DNA of 64,000 bases from Pyrinomonadaceae bacterium (GTDB taxonomy: Bacteria > Acidobacteriota > Blastocatellia > Pyrinomonadales > Pyrinomonadaceae): the NCBI GenBank assembly GCA_036380435.1, contig DASVES010000154.1, positions 924-64,923 of the forward strand, read 5' to 3'. Numbering within the stretch: position 1 is the first letter of the stretch; each line of letters starts with the position of its first letter. This document shows positions 38,299 to 49,607 of this stretch, piece by piece. A model generated the notes under the pieces. The model was not told the origin of the DNA, made no database searches, and was given only the letters and a program-made list of their open reading frames with translations. Made by a program: the position numbers and the translations under genes.

Positions 38299-38811
38299 TC
38301 ACGCCTTCTTAACGAAGACGCGCTTGTTGTTGAAGGTGCCGCGCGGGGTCTCCTGGATGGTCTCGATGGAGATGGTGCCGTCGGGCCACGCCGTCCACTT
38401 GCGGGCGATGATGAGGGTCACGTCCTGCCCCTGCGGGTTCTTGGTCTGAATCTCCTCTTCGAGGAAGAAGCCCTTGCCGTTGGGGAGCCAGTTGCCTTTG
38501 CGCTTGCCCTTGGCGGGCGGCGCGTCGGGGCGCGGCGGCGGCGGGGTGAAATCGATCTCCTTGCCGTCGAGCACGAACTCGTCCTTCTGTACGCGCTCGC
38601 CCTGCGCGTTGACGATCTTGACCTCTAAAGAGACCTTGTCGCCGTTGTGGACGACCGTCATCGTCTGCTTCATGTCGGGCGGGATACTGTGGCTTTGCTT
38701 CTGGTCGAGTTCCCATGTGCCGCTGAAGTTGGGCCGGGGGCCGAAGGCTTTCGCCGCGACCACCGCGGCGAGCAGGCAGGCGAGGGTAACGAGGGGGGTT
38801 CTTAGTCTCAT
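38299..38811 (-). CDS. Secreted hypothetical protein
   Basis: MRLRTPLVTLACLLAAVVAAKAF signal peptide. No recognised domain. ATG 38811 avoids the repeat-derived N-terminal extension. Confidence 0.65.
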   Translation of the reverse strand: MRLRTPLVTLACLLAAVVAAKAFGPRPNFSGTWELDQKQSHSIPPDMKQTMTVVHNGDKVSLEVKIVNAQGERVQKDEFVLDGKEIDFTPPPPRPDAPPAKGKRKGNWLPNGKGFFLEEEIQTKNPQGQDVTLIIARKWTAWPDGTISIETIQETPRGTFNNKRVFVKKA

Positions 38812-38849
38812 CGCTTTAATCTCCTGAATGACACCTGATTGTGGGAGCA

Positions 38850-38941
38850 ACAGTACCGCGAGCGGTAGCGAGCGGGTCTGACGCACGCGTGGCGAGCCTC
38901 TCAGTACAGCCGCACCCGCTCGCTACCGCTCGCGGTACTGT
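38850..38941. repeat. ACAGTACCGCGAGCGG palindromic element, copy 6
   Basis: Perfect 28-nt arms. Confidence 0.95.
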
Positions 38942-38963
38942 GGAAAACGGCCGCGGCGGGCAG

Positions 38964-39518
38964 CTACTTCTTCTGCAACTCGGCGAGCGCCGCCAGCACC
39001 TCTTCGCTGTGGACGCTCGGCTTGACCTTGAGGAACACGCGCGCGATCTTGCCCTCGGGGTCGATGATGAAGGTGTTGCGCGCCGAGTAGTTGGCCCCGT
39101 TGTATTCCATCACCGAGCCGTAGGCGTTCGACACCTTCGCGTCGATGTCGGCGAGCAGCTTGAAGTTGAGGCCCTCCTTGGCGCAGAACTCCTTGTGCGA
39201 GTCGGCGGTGTCCACGCTGACGCCGAGGATGACGGCCTTCGCCTGCTCATACTTCTGTAGGTCGCGCTGGAAATTGCGCGCCTGCATGGTGCAGCCGGAG
39301 GTGAAGTCCTTCGGGTAGAAGTAGAGCACGACCCACTGGCCGCGGAAATCTTTGAGGGCCGCCTGCTTGTTCTCGTTCGTGGTGAGCTGGAAGTCGGGAG
39401 CCGCCGCGCCGACCGCGGGCGGATCCGTGGCTGCCGTGGCGATGGCCGACGCGGAGAGCGTCAGCGTGACGGTGGCGATGGCGAGCAGTGTAAGAATGCG
39501 CGTTGTCAGCAGTTTCAT
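38964..39518 (-). CDS. bcp: Exported peroxiredoxin (Bcp/AhpC-TSA family)
   Basis: Signal peptide, then …WVVLYFYPKDFTSGCTMQA… (peroxidatic Cys context). Confidence 0.85.
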   Translation of the reverse strand: MKLLTTRILTLLAIATVTLTLSASAIATAATDPPAVGAAAPDFQLTTNENKQAALKDFRGQWVVLYFYPKDFTSGCTMQARNFQRDLQKYEQAKAVILGVSVDTADSHKEFCAKEGLNFKLLADIDAKVSNAYGSVMEYNGANYSARNTFIIDPEGKIARVFLKVKPSVHSEEVLAALAELQKK

Positions 39519-39546
39519 TGGGAATCCCTTTTGTCTTGTTTGTTGT

Positions 39547-41181
<1,635 letters not shown>

Positions 41182-41200
41182 CTAGAAGCTCCTATGAATA

Positions 41201-41269
41201 GGTGATAAGTGATAAGTGATAAGTGATAAGAAAGAATTTGTCTTCTCTTATCACTTATCACTTATCACC
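41201..41269. repeat. GTGATAA heptamer-arm hairpin, copy 2 (between DUF3311 and the symporter)
   Basis: ggtgataagtgataagtgataagtgataagaaaga … tcttctcttatcacttatcacttatcacc. Confidence 0.92.
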
Positions 41270-41481
41270 TTCCGTGCCACTTCTTCTTCGAGGTGGCCGG
41301 GCCAGGCGAAGGTCACGAGCAGCCACATCAGCCCGGCGCACGCCACCGAGAAGCACGCCTGATAGAAGAGGCCGATGGGCATGAAGCCGAAGACGAAGGG
41401 GCGCGCCTCTCTCCAGTTCCAGAAGTCCTGGTGCAGCACGTAGAGCACGGCGACGGCGATGACGAGCAGCAGTTTTCTCAT
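41251..41481 (-). CDS. DUF3311 small membrane protein
   Basis: MRKLLLVIAVAVLYVLHQDFWNWREARPFVFGFMPIGLFYQ…. The C-terminal KVISDK and the TGA are encoded by the repeat arm. Confidence 0.8.
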   Translation of the reverse strand: MRKLLLVIAVAVLYVLHQDFWNWREARPFVFGFMPIGLFYQACFSVACAGLMWLLVTFAWPGHLEEEVARKVISDK

Positions 41482-41557
41482 CGTTCTTTACAATGGCGGC
41501 GGGCGCCGCGGCGTTGGACGCGCTATTATCATCGCAGACGCGAAAGCCGGCAACTTT

Positions 41558-41601
41558 TTTATTCGCCGTTTCGCCGGATATGATGTAAAAAGGTCGTAAA
41601 A
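41558..41601 (-). promoter_or_regulatory. Bipartite TTTTACGACCTTTTTACA motif plus AATAAA (minus strand)
   Basis: Minus strand reads ttttacgacctttttaca, then 20 nt, then aataaa. It lies upstream of the DUF3311-symporter operon. Confidence 0.45.
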
Positions 41602-41679
41602 ATAGTGTCCTCGCCGGAACGACTTCCCCGGTTAACCACGAGGCCGCCGCCCCGACGAACGAAAGGGAGTGTGACCGCC

Positions 41680-42930
41680 GTGCGCCTGATACACAGAATC
41701 TTTCTCCTGCTGGCCGCGTTCGTCATGAGCGCCGTGAGTGCGTCGGCGCAGAAGACCACGCCGCCGTCTCAAACCGCGCCGCCTGCGTCGTCGTCGGCGG
41801 CCGCGACAACCCCGTCGGACGACGACGACGAAGTCGAGCGCGTGAGCGTCCACGTCGTCTCGGTGCCGGTGTCCGTGACCGACCGCGACGGCCGCTTCGT
41901 CCCCGACCTCAAGGAGTCCGACTTCCGCGTCTCCGAGAACGGCCGCGACCAGAGCATCTCTTACTTCGCCTCCGTCGAGCAACCCTTCAGCGTCATGTTG
42001 CTCCTCGACACCAGCGGCTCGACCAGCATCCGCCTTCGGGACATCCAAACGGCCGCCGTCGAATTCATCAACCAGCTCCGCCCGCAAGACCGCGTGTTGC
42101 CCATCGCCTTCGACAACGACGCCGTGGCGCTCCTGCCCGGCTGGGCCAGCGACCGCGCCGTGCTCACACAGGCCATCCGCTCCGCGCGCACGGGGATGAT
42201 CATGGAGGACAAGGATCGCGAGGTGAAGGTCGGCTCGGACGGCAAGAAGGTCGTCTTCCAGCACATCAACACGCGGCTCTACGACGCCTTCTACAAGTCG
42301 GCCGAAACGCTCCGACATATCAAGGGCCGCAAGGCTCTCATTCTCTTTACCGACGGCTACGACAATTCGAGTCGCCTCGCGACACGCGCGAGCACGCTGA
42401 CGCTGGCCGAGGAATTGGACGCGCTCGTCTACGTCGTCCAGTTCACGCCCTACGGCAACTACGCGCCCAAAGAGCAGCCGGTGGCGGGTAACCTCGGGGG
42501 GCCGGTCGCGCGGCCAAGCACGGCGCCTTCAGTGAGCGAGATTCGGCAGTCGACCACGCAGATGACCGCGGCGGGAGTGTCGCCGGCCTCGCCGACGCGG
42601 GCCTCGCCCATCGGCGGCGGCAGCGCCAGCGTGCTGGGCGCAAGGACGACGAGACCGTCCGAGCAGCGTCACCCGAAGGCGCTGGAGGTCGAACGCTATC
42701 TCGAAGGGCTGGCCGAGAAAACGGGCGGACGCTTCTACGTCGCCGACGACATGAACAAGATCAAGCTGGCGTTCGCGGCCGTCGCCGACGAGCTGCGACG
42801 CATGTACAGCATCGGCTATCACCCGACGCCGCTCGCCAAACCCGGCGAGCGTCGCGAAGTGAAGATCAATGTCCGGCGCGAGCGCGTCGCCGTCCGCGCG
42901 CGGCGCGCCTACGTCTTCCGTCCACGCTGA
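41680..42930 (+). CDS. VWA domain-containing protein (Acidobacterial VWFA-related type)
   Basis: GTG 41680 (AGGGAG upstream) gives VRLIHRIFLLLAAFVMSAVSASAQ. N-terminal beta-sandwich (VSVTDRDGRFVPDLKESDFRVSENG), then MIDAS-like LLLDTSGST. The exact start is uncertain. Confidence 0.82.
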   Translation: MRLIHRIFLLLAAFVMSAVSASAQKTTPPSQTAPPASSSAAATTPSDDDDEVERVSVHVVSVPVSVTDRDGRFVPDLKESDFRVSENGRDQSISYFASVEQPFSVMLLLDTSGSTSIRLRDIQTAAVEFINQLRPQDRVLPIAFDNDAVALLPGWASDRAVLTQAIRSARTGMIMEDKDREVKVGSDGKKVVFQHINTRLYDAFYKSAETLRHIKGRKALILFTDGYDNSSRLATRASTLTLAEELDALVYVVQFTPYGNYAPKEQPVAGNLGGPVARPSTAPSVSEIRQSTTQMTAAGVSPASPTRASPIGGGSASVLGARTTRPSEQRHPKALEVERYLEGLAEKTGGRFYVADDMNKIKLAFAAVADELRRMYSIGYHPTPLAKPGERREVKINVRRERVAVRARRAYVFRPR

Positions 42931-42978
42931 GCGCGCCGTCTCAAAAACCTCGCAGTGAATCATTCATGGAGTTCGATG

Positions 42979-45246
42979 ATGAAAACTAAAGCCTCGCTTG
43001 CGCCGACCCTCCTCTGTCTCAGCCTGCTCGCGCCGGCCTTCGCGCAACAGCCCGTCGCTAATCCGGCGAGCGCGCCGCGACAACAGCCGACCCAGCCGCG
43101 GCCGCAGCAGGACGATGACGACATCGTGCGGATCACGTCGAACCTCGTGCAGCTCGACGTGATCGTCACGGACAAAGACGGCCGCCCCGTCACCGACCTG
43201 CGCCCCGAAGATTTCCAGATTTTCGAGGACGGCAAGGAACGCGAGATTACGAACTTCTCCTTTGTCTCGACCGAAGGCCCGTCGCCCGGCCAGCCCACGG
43301 AGGCGGGCGCTCCACAGCCGGCCCCACGCCGGACGGAAAAGGCACTGCCGCCCATGCCGAGCGCCCCGCTGCATAGGAGAGAGGTGCGGCGCACCATCGC
43401 GCTCGTCGTCGATAATCTGAGGATGAGCCACCTGAGCGCCACGTCGGCGCGCGAGGGGCTGCGGAAGTTCGTCAACGAGCAGATGCGGCCGGGCGACCTC
43501 GTCGGCATCTACACGACGCGCGGCGGCAGCGGCTCGCTCCAGCAGTTCACCTCCGACAAGACCCAGCTTCACCGGGCCATCGACCGCGTGCGCTGGTATC
43601 CGCCCCCCCTCGGCGGCGTGGGCGTGGACGTGTTCGAGCCTGCGCGGGACGACTCCACCTTCAAGCCGACCACGCCGGGCTCCGGCGGCACGCGCCTCGA
43701 CGGCTTGGCCGTTGGCAAGGAGGAGTTCGGGGACGCGGAGACGCGGCAGAGGCGAGAGCGCATGGACGAGCGCAACCGCGACCTCGTCGCCTACGGCGCG
43801 CTCGGCACGCTGCGCTACATCATCCGCGGAATGCAGGAAGCGCCGGGGCGGAAGTCGGTCGTGCTGTTCTCCGACGGGATACCGCTCTTCTCACGCAATG
43901 ACGGCGCGGCGTCGCGCTCGTTCGACGCCATGGATCGGGTCATCGAATCGGCCACCCGCGCCGCGGTCGTCATCTACACGGTGGACGCGCGCGGCGTTCA
44001 CATCCCCGGCATGATCACCGCGGCCGACGACGTGCGCCCGAACGCCACCCAGAGTCTGGTTGAATCGCGTCTCGAAAAGGGAGCCCGCGCCGAGGACGGT
44101 TTGACCTACCTCCCGGCCAAGACGGGCGGCCTCTTCGTCCGCGGCACGAACAACATGGACCGCGCGCTCGAACGCGTGATGCGCGACCAAGGCGGTTTCT
44201 ACCTGCTCGGCTACCGCCCCACGGAGCAGACCTTCAAGGGCGGAAGCAAAGCCTTTCGTGAGATCGACGTGAAGGTCAGACGCTCGGGCGTGAGCGTCCG
44301 CTCGCGCGGTGGGTTCATGGCCATCACGGACGAGGATGCGCGCCGCGAGACGCGCGGCAGCGACAAGGAGCTGTACGCCCTGCTTGCGTCGCCCGTCAAC
44401 GCCGGCGGCGTTTACGTCCGCCTGACGGCGCGGGTCGTCGGCGACCCGCGCGGAGGTGGGTCGGCGGCCCGCATGCTCCTGCACGTGGACGGCAAAGACC
44501 TGACCTTCACCGACGCGCCCGAGGGCGGCGGCTATAAAAAACTCGTCCTCGACGTGGCGGCCGTCACGCTCGGCAAGGAGGGACAGATCATCGACGAGTT
44601 CAACCGCACGCACACCGTCCGCACGGGCGGCGAGCATCTCGACAACATCGTCCGCCACGGCCTGACCTACACGGCCGACGTGCCCGTCAAAAAGCCCGGC
44701 ACCTACCAACTCCGCATCGTCGTGCGCGATCAGGCGTCCCAGCGCGTCGGCTCGGCGAGCCAGCTCATCGACGTGCCCGACCTCAGTAAGCAGCGCCTCA
44801 CGCTCTCAGGACTCACGCTGCGCGAGATCGTCGCCGGGGGCGCACAGCAGCAATCGCCGCCCGATTCGGCGCGGCCCACGGCTGAGACGGCGATTGCGGC
44901 CGTCACCAGCCTCTCCGACCCTGCCGTCCGACGCTTCCGTCCCGGCGCCATCCTCGCCTACGGCTCACAGGTTTATCACACGACGGCCGGCGGCGGGCCG
45001 GGCGGGACGCCGCGTCTGACGGCTCAGGTGAGCCTGTTTCACAACGGCCAGCCGGTCGTGAAGGGCGCGCCCACCGCGGTCGAGTTCGACCCGACGCGGC
45101 CCGGCTGGCTCGAGGGCGCGCTACGGCTCGTCCCGCAGGCGAAGCCGGGCGAGTACGTCCTTCAGGTCGTTGTCACCGACGAGTCGGTCAAGGACAAGGA
45201 TCGGCGACAGACCGCGCAGTGGATCGACTTCGAGGTAATCAACTGA
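42979..45246 (+). CDS. VWA domain-containing protein (Acidobacterial VWFA-related type), long form
   Basis: MKTKASLAPTLLCLSLLAPAFAQ. VIVTDKDGRPVTDLRPEDFQIFEDG, VVDNLRMS…, and a long C-terminal extension. Confidence 0.85.
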   Translation: MKTKASLAPTLLCLSLLAPAFAQQPVANPASAPRQQPTQPRPQQDDDDIVRITSNLVQLDVIVTDKDGRPVTDLRPEDFQIFEDGKEREITNFSFVSTEGPSPGQPTEAGAPQPAPRRTEKALPPMPSAPLHRREVRRTIALVVDNLRMSHLSATSAREGLRKFVNEQMRPGDLVGIYTTRGGSGSLQQFTSDKTQLHRAIDRVRWYPPPLGGVGVDVFEPARDDSTFKPTTPGSGGTRLDGLAVGKEEFGDAETRQRRERMDERNRDLVAYGALGTLRYIIRGMQEAPGRKSVVLFSDGIPLFSRNDGAASRSFDAMDRVIESATRAAVVIYTVDARGVHIPGMITAADDVRPNATQSLVESRLEKGARAEDGLTYLPAKTGGLFVRGTNNMDRALERVMRDQGGFYLLGYRPTEQTFKGGSKAFREIDVKVRRSGVSVRSRGGFMAITDEDARRETRGSDKELYALLASPVNAGGVYVRLTARVVGDPRGGGSAARMLLHVDGKDLTFTDAPEGGGYKKLVLDVAAVTLGKEGQIIDEFNRTHTVRTGGEHLDNIVRHGLTYTADVPVKKPGTYQLRIVVRDQASQRVGSASQLIDVPDLSKQRLTLSGLTLREIVAGGAQQQSPPDSARPTAETAIAAVTSLSDPAVRRFRPGAILAYGSQVYHTTAGGGPGGTPRLTAQVSLFHNGQPVVKGAPTAVEFDPTRPGWLEGALRLVPQAKPGEYVLQVVVTDESVKDKDRRQTAQWIDFEVIN

Positions 45247-45263
45247 AGGCCAGAGGCCGGTGG

Positions 45264-46004
45264 ATGGACGATTACACGAGCGACACATACGGCGAGCGCC
45301 ACGCCGACATCTACGACGAGCGCCTGCCTGACTACGACGAGGCCGCCATCGAGATGCTCGTCGGGCTGGCGGGCGGCGGGCGTGCGCTGGAGCTTGGCGT
45401 CGGCACGGGCCGCGTCGCCCTGCCGCTCGCGGCCCGAGGCGTGGAAGTCAACGGCATCGACGCTTCACCCCGAATGGTCGAGAGGATGCGCGCCAAGCCC
45501 GGCGGCGAGGCCGTGCGCGTGACCTTCGGCGATTTCGCCGGGGTCGAAGCCGAAGGCGAGTTCGCGCTCGTCTACGTCGTCTTCAACACCATCTTCGCGC
45601 TGCTCACGCAGGACGAGCAGGTGCGCTGCTTCCGCAACGTCGCGCGCCGGCTCGCGCCCGGCGGCGTCTTCCTCATCGAAGCCTTCGTGCCCGACCCGAC
45701 GTTTCACCCCGGCGGCCAGAGCGTCAAGGTCGGACAGATGACCAACGACTTGGTCGAACTCCACGTCACGCAACTCGACGCGGCGACGCAGATGCTCGTG
45801 GGTCAGCAAATCCGTTTCGACGGCGCGGGCGCGCGACTCTACCCCGTACAACTCCGCTACGCGTGGCCCTCGGAGCTGGACTTGATGGCCCGGCTCGCCG
45901 GCCTCTCCCTGCGCCAACGCCATGCGGGCTGGCGCCGCGAGCCGTTCGACGCGCGGAGCACGAAACACGTCTCGGTCTACGCGCGCGAGGGTGACGCCGG
46001 ATGA
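45264..46004 (+). CDS. Class I SAM-dependent methyltransferase
   Basis: ALELGVGTGRVALPLA motif I. The stop overlaps the next start (ATGA at 46001-46004). Confidence 0.85.
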   Translation: MDDYTSDTYGERHADIYDERLPDYDEAAIEMLVGLAGGGRALELGVGTGRVALPLAARGVEVNGIDASPRMVERMRAKPGGEAVRVTFGDFAGVEAEGEFALVYVVFNTIFALLTQDEQVRCFRNVARRLAPGGVFLIEAFVPDPTFHPGGQSVKVGQMTNDLVELHVTQLDAATQMLVGQQIRFDGAGARLYPVQLRYAWPSELDLMARLAGLSLRQRHAGWRREPFDARSTKHVSVYAREGDAG

Positions 46005-47047
46005 GTCCCACGCGCGCGAAGGCGTCCAGAGGTGTGAACTCGAAATGGCACAGGCTGAGCGACGATGAGTTGCTCGACATGCGTCTGTGCGATCTGCCCG
46101 TGAGCATCCGCAAGACGCCGCTCGAAGGGCGTATCGTGCGGCTCTACTCGGAATTGGCCGAGCGCGGCCTGCGCTTCCGCCCGCACATCTGGCTCTCGGA
46201 GGATTGGTTCTCGCCCGACGGCGTGCCCGGCTTCGCCATCCCGTTCTACCTCGCGCACCCGCGCCTCGTGAAGCTTGAGCGCGCGCAGATGCTCGAAGTC
46301 GAGGGCGGCGCCGAGAAGGAATGTCTCGCCATCATGCGCCACGAGGCGGGCCACGCCGTCTCGAACGCCTTCAACCTCCACCGCCGCCGCCGCTGGCGCG
46401 AGGCGTTCGGACGCTTCACCGCGCCCTACCCCGAGCACTACATGCCCGACCCTACCAGCCGCGGCTTCGTCCTCCACCTCGGCGCATGGTACGCACAGGC
46501 CCACCCGGCCGAGGACTTCGCCGAGACCTTCGCCGTCTGGCTCGCGCCCGGCTCGCGCTGGCGCAAGCGTTACGTGAGTTGGCCGGCCATGAAGAAACTG
46601 CGTTACGTGGACGAGCTGATGCGCGAGATCGCGGGCGCTCGTCCGCCCAACAACAGCCGGCAGAAGGTCGAGCCTCTGGCCGAGATCAAAAAGACGCTGC
46701 GCGAGCACTACCGGCGCAAGCGCGGCCACTACTCCTTCAAGTGGCCCGCCTACTACGACCGCGACCTCAAACGAATCTTTTCGGACGACGAGGCCCACCG
46801 CGCTTCGGCCACGGCCGCCAGCCTCCTGCGCCGTCACCGTCGCGAGCTGGGGCGCCTCGTCGCCGACGTGACCGGCGTCCACAACTACGCCGTCGATCAG
46901 GTCCTGAAGAACATGATCGACCGCTGCAAGGAGCTGCGCCTGCGCGTCCCCCTACACGAGGAGAATGCCAAAGAGCGCGCTCTCATCATGCTCACCGCGC
47001 ACACGATGAATATCGTGCACGCCGGCTATCACCGCGTCCCGCTATGA
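46001..47047 (+). CDS. Putative zinc-binding metallopeptidase-like protein (HExxH)
   Basis: AIMRHEAGHAVSNAF motif. The stop overlaps the next start (ATGA at 47044-47047). Confidence 0.75.
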   Translation: MSPTRAKASRGVNSKWHRLSDDELLDMRLCDLPVSIRKTPLEGRIVRLYSELAERGLRFRPHIWLSEDWFSPDGVPGFAIPFYLAHPRLVKLERAQMLEVEGGAEKECLAIMRHEAGHAVSNAFNLHRRRRWREAFGRFTAPYPEHYMPDPTSRGFVLHLGAWYAQAHPAEDFAETFAVWLAPGSRWRKRYVSWPAMKKLRYVDELMREIAGARPPNNSRQKVEPLAEIKKTLREHYRRKRGHYSFKWPAYYDRDLKRIFSDDEAHRASATAASLLRRHRRELGRLVADVTGVHNYAVDQVLKNMIDRCKELRLRVPLHEENAKERALIMLTAHTMNIVHAGYHRVPL

Positions 47048-48087
47048 CGAAGAAAAAAAAGCCGACCGTCAAGAAGCTCCGCATTCTCGTGCTCTGCCAG
47101 CACGACCTCGTCCCGCCCGACGCGCTCCCCGAGGGCGTGGCGAAGGAGACGCTGCGCTGGCGCACCGAGTACGACGTGGTCTCCACCTTACGCTCGATGG
47201 GCCACGACGTTTACCCCGTCGGCCTCTACGACGAGACGGACGTGATTCGCACGGCGATGCAGGATCACGAGCCGCACGTCGCCTTCAATCTCATCGAAGA
47301 GTTCGACCGCCAGCCCATGTTCGACCAGCACGTCGTCAGCTATCTGGAGCTGAAGCGTCTGCCCTACACGGGCTGCAACCCGCGCGGCCTGACCATCGCC
47401 AAAGATAAGGCGCTCACCAAGAAGATTCTGGCCTACCACCGTATCAACGTCCCCGGCTTCGGCGTCTTCCCGCAAGGACGCAAGGTGCGCCGGCCCGCGC
47501 GCCTGCGCTTTCCGCTGCTCGTCAAGTCCGTGACGGTCGAAGGCTCGGTCGGCATCTCGCAGGCTTCCATCGTCAACACTGACGAAAAACTCGCCGAGCG
47601 CGTCGATTTCATCCACCGGCAGACGAACTCGCCGGCCATCGCCGAGGAGTTCATCGAGGGGAGAGAAATCTACGTCGGCGTCATCGGCAACCGTCTGCTG
47701 AAGGCTTACACGCCGTGGGAGCTGGAGATGAAGACGCTGCCCGAGGGGACTGTGAACATCGCCACGGGGAAGGTGAAGTGGAACCCGAAGTATCAGGAGA
47801 AAGTCGGCCTCGTCACGCACGCGGCCGAGGTCACGCCCGAGCTGCGCCGCCGCCTCGAACATCTCTCGAAGCGCATCTACCGCCTGCTGTTTCTCTCCGG
47901 CTACGGCCGTCTCGACTACCGCATCACCGAGGACGGCCGCATCTATCTCCTCGAAGCCAACCCCAACCCGCAAATCGCCCACAACGAGGACTTCGCCGAC
48001 TCGGCCGAAGACTGCGGCGTCAAATACGGCCCGCTGCTCCAGAAAATCCTCACCCTCGGCATGAGCTACGAGCCGGGCGTGGTGTAA
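47044..48087 (+). CDS. ATP-grasp ligase, D-Ala-D-Ala ligase-like family
   Basis: …KDKALTKKILAYHRINVPGF…PLLVKSVTVEGSVGIS…EEFIEGREIYVGV…GRLDYRITEDGRIYLLEANPNP. The track ORF from 46321 is an out-of-frame shadow extension. Confidence 0.85.
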   Translation: MTKKKKPTVKKLRILVLCQHDLVPPDALPEGVAKETLRWRTEYDVVSTLRSMGHDVYPVGLYDETDVIRTAMQDHEPHVAFNLIEEFDRQPMFDQHVVSYLELKRLPYTGCNPRGLTIAKDKALTKKILAYHRINVPGFGVFPQGRKVRRPARLRFPLLVKSVTVEGSVGISQASIVNTDEKLAERVDFIHRQTNSPAIAEEFIEGREIYVGVIGNRLLKAYTPWELEMKTLPEGTVNIATGKVKWNPKYQEKVGLVTHAAEVTPELRRRLEHLSKRIYRLLFLSGYGRLDYRITEDGRIYLLEANPNPQIAHNEDFADSAEDCGVKYGPLLQKILTLGMSYEPGVV

Positions 48088-48091
48088 AAAA

Positions 48092-48176
48092 GCAGTCAGG
48101 AGTCAGGAGTCAGGAGTCAGAATAAAAACGGAGGCGCTGTCTTCATTCTGACTCCTGACTCCTGACTCCTGGCTCC
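48092..48176. repeat. GAGTCAG heptamer-arm hairpin, copy 3
   Basis: gcagtcaggagtcaggagtcaggagtcagaataaaaac … cattctgactcctgactcctgactcctggctcc, followed by tgtttta. Confidence 0.9.
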
Positions 48177-48300
48177 TGTTTTATCCCTTTCGTCCTGAAG
48201 CGCGGCCCTTTCGTCCCACGCCGCTTCACAGGGCGGCGCGGGGGCGTTTATACTCACGCGTTTCGACGGGGTGGGCGGCGCGCGACTGTGGGTGCTTTCT

Positions 48301-49431
48301 ATGGATTTGCCGACTGAGACCGAGAAGAAGCCGGTGTGGCAGAGGCGCTGGTTCCTGTGGGCGCTGATTTTCGGCGTCTGGACGTTCCTCGCCTTCTTCT
48401 TCACGGGGCAGGTCTATTTCTCCCGGCGCATCATGGAGCGCCCGATACCGTGGTCGGAGGTCGCTCGGGAACAGTTCATCTACCCGTACATGTGGGCGCT
48501 GGCGACGCCGCTCATCCTCTGGCTCGCCGGCCGCTATCCCGTCGAGCGGCCCCGTCTCAAGCAGCACCTGCTCATCCACCTCCTCTTTAGTACGGCGCTC
48601 ACCGTCCTCATCATGAGCGCCTTCCAGTTCGTCTATTATGTGCTCTACCTCATGCCCCAGGGCAAGACCTTCTCCCCGGTGAGCATGCTGCGCGCCACCG
48701 TCTTCAACGCCAGCGAAAACTACGGCCTCTACGGCCTCATCGTCTTGCTGCACCACGTTTATCGCTACTACAACCGCTTCCGGCAGGGTGAGCTGCGCGC
48801 TTCGCAACTCGAAGCGCGTCTGTCGCAGGCGCAGCTTCAGGCCCTCAAGATGCAGCTCCACCCACACTTCCTCTTCAACACGCTCCACTCCATCTCCTCG
48901 CTCGTCCACAAGGACCCGGAGGCGGCCGACAAGATGCTCGCGCGCCTCGGCGACTTCCTGCGGATGACGCTGGAGAACTCCGGCGCGCAGGAGGTGAAGC
49001 TCAAACAGGAGCTTGAGTTCCTCCGCTGCTATCTGGAGATCGAGCGCATACGCTTCCGCGACCGCCTCACCACCGAGATGAACATCGACCCGAAGTCGTT
49101 AGACACACGCGTCCCCAACCTCATCCTCCAGCCCATCGTCGAAAACGCCATCCGCCACGGCGTAGCGCCCCGCTCCGCACCGGGCCGCATCGAGATTGAG
49201 TCGAAACAGCACAACGGCACCCTGCGTATAGAGGTCAGGGACAACGGGCCGGGGCTGTTACCGAATCAAAGGGCCGACGGCCTGTTACACAAAGGTCTCG
49301 GGCTCGCCAACACGAAGGCACGCCTCGAACAGCTCTACGGCGCGGCGCACCGTCTCGAGTTGGCCGAAAATCCCGGTGGCGGCCTGCTGGTGGCACTGGA
49401 AATTCCGACCCGCCGCGAGCCGGCCCTCTAA
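48301..49431 (+). CDS. Sensor histidine kinase, LytS/YehU type
   Basis: Polytopic N-terminus. …LKMQLHPHFLFNTLHSISSLV (His_kinase PF06580-type H box), NAIRHG, DNGPGL, GLGLANTKARL. Confidence 0.88.
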   Translation: MDLPTETEKKPVWQRRWFLWALIFGVWTFLAFFFTGQVYFSRRIMERPIPWSEVAREQFIYPYMWALATPLILWLAGRYPVERPRLKQHLLIHLLFSTALTVLIMSAFQFVYYVLYLMPQGKTFSPVSMLRATVFNASENYGLYGLIVLLHHVYRYYNRFRQGELRASQLEARLSQAQLQALKMQLHPHFLFNTLHSISSLVHKDPEAADKMLARLGDFLRMTLENSGAQEVKLKQELEFLRCYLEIERIRFRDRLTTEMNIDPKSLDTRVPNLILQPIVENAIRHGVAPRSAPGRIEIESKQHNGTLRIEVRDNGPGLLPNQRADGLLHKGLGLANTKARLEQLYGAAHRLELAENPGGGLLVALEIPTRREPAL

Positions 49432-49607
49432 AGTCCTAAACGCCTGATAAGAAAAGCATTCGGCCCCGCGCGAGCGGCTACTTGCCGACCCGGCCCGCCA
49501 CAAAACGGGCGTGGGCGGTGTTCTATTTTTAAGAACGGGTGCGAGAAGTTTCGGCAACCTGCGGGCGGTCACGCGCGTGTAAGGGGTCTAGAGAGGGCAG
49601 GTAAAGG

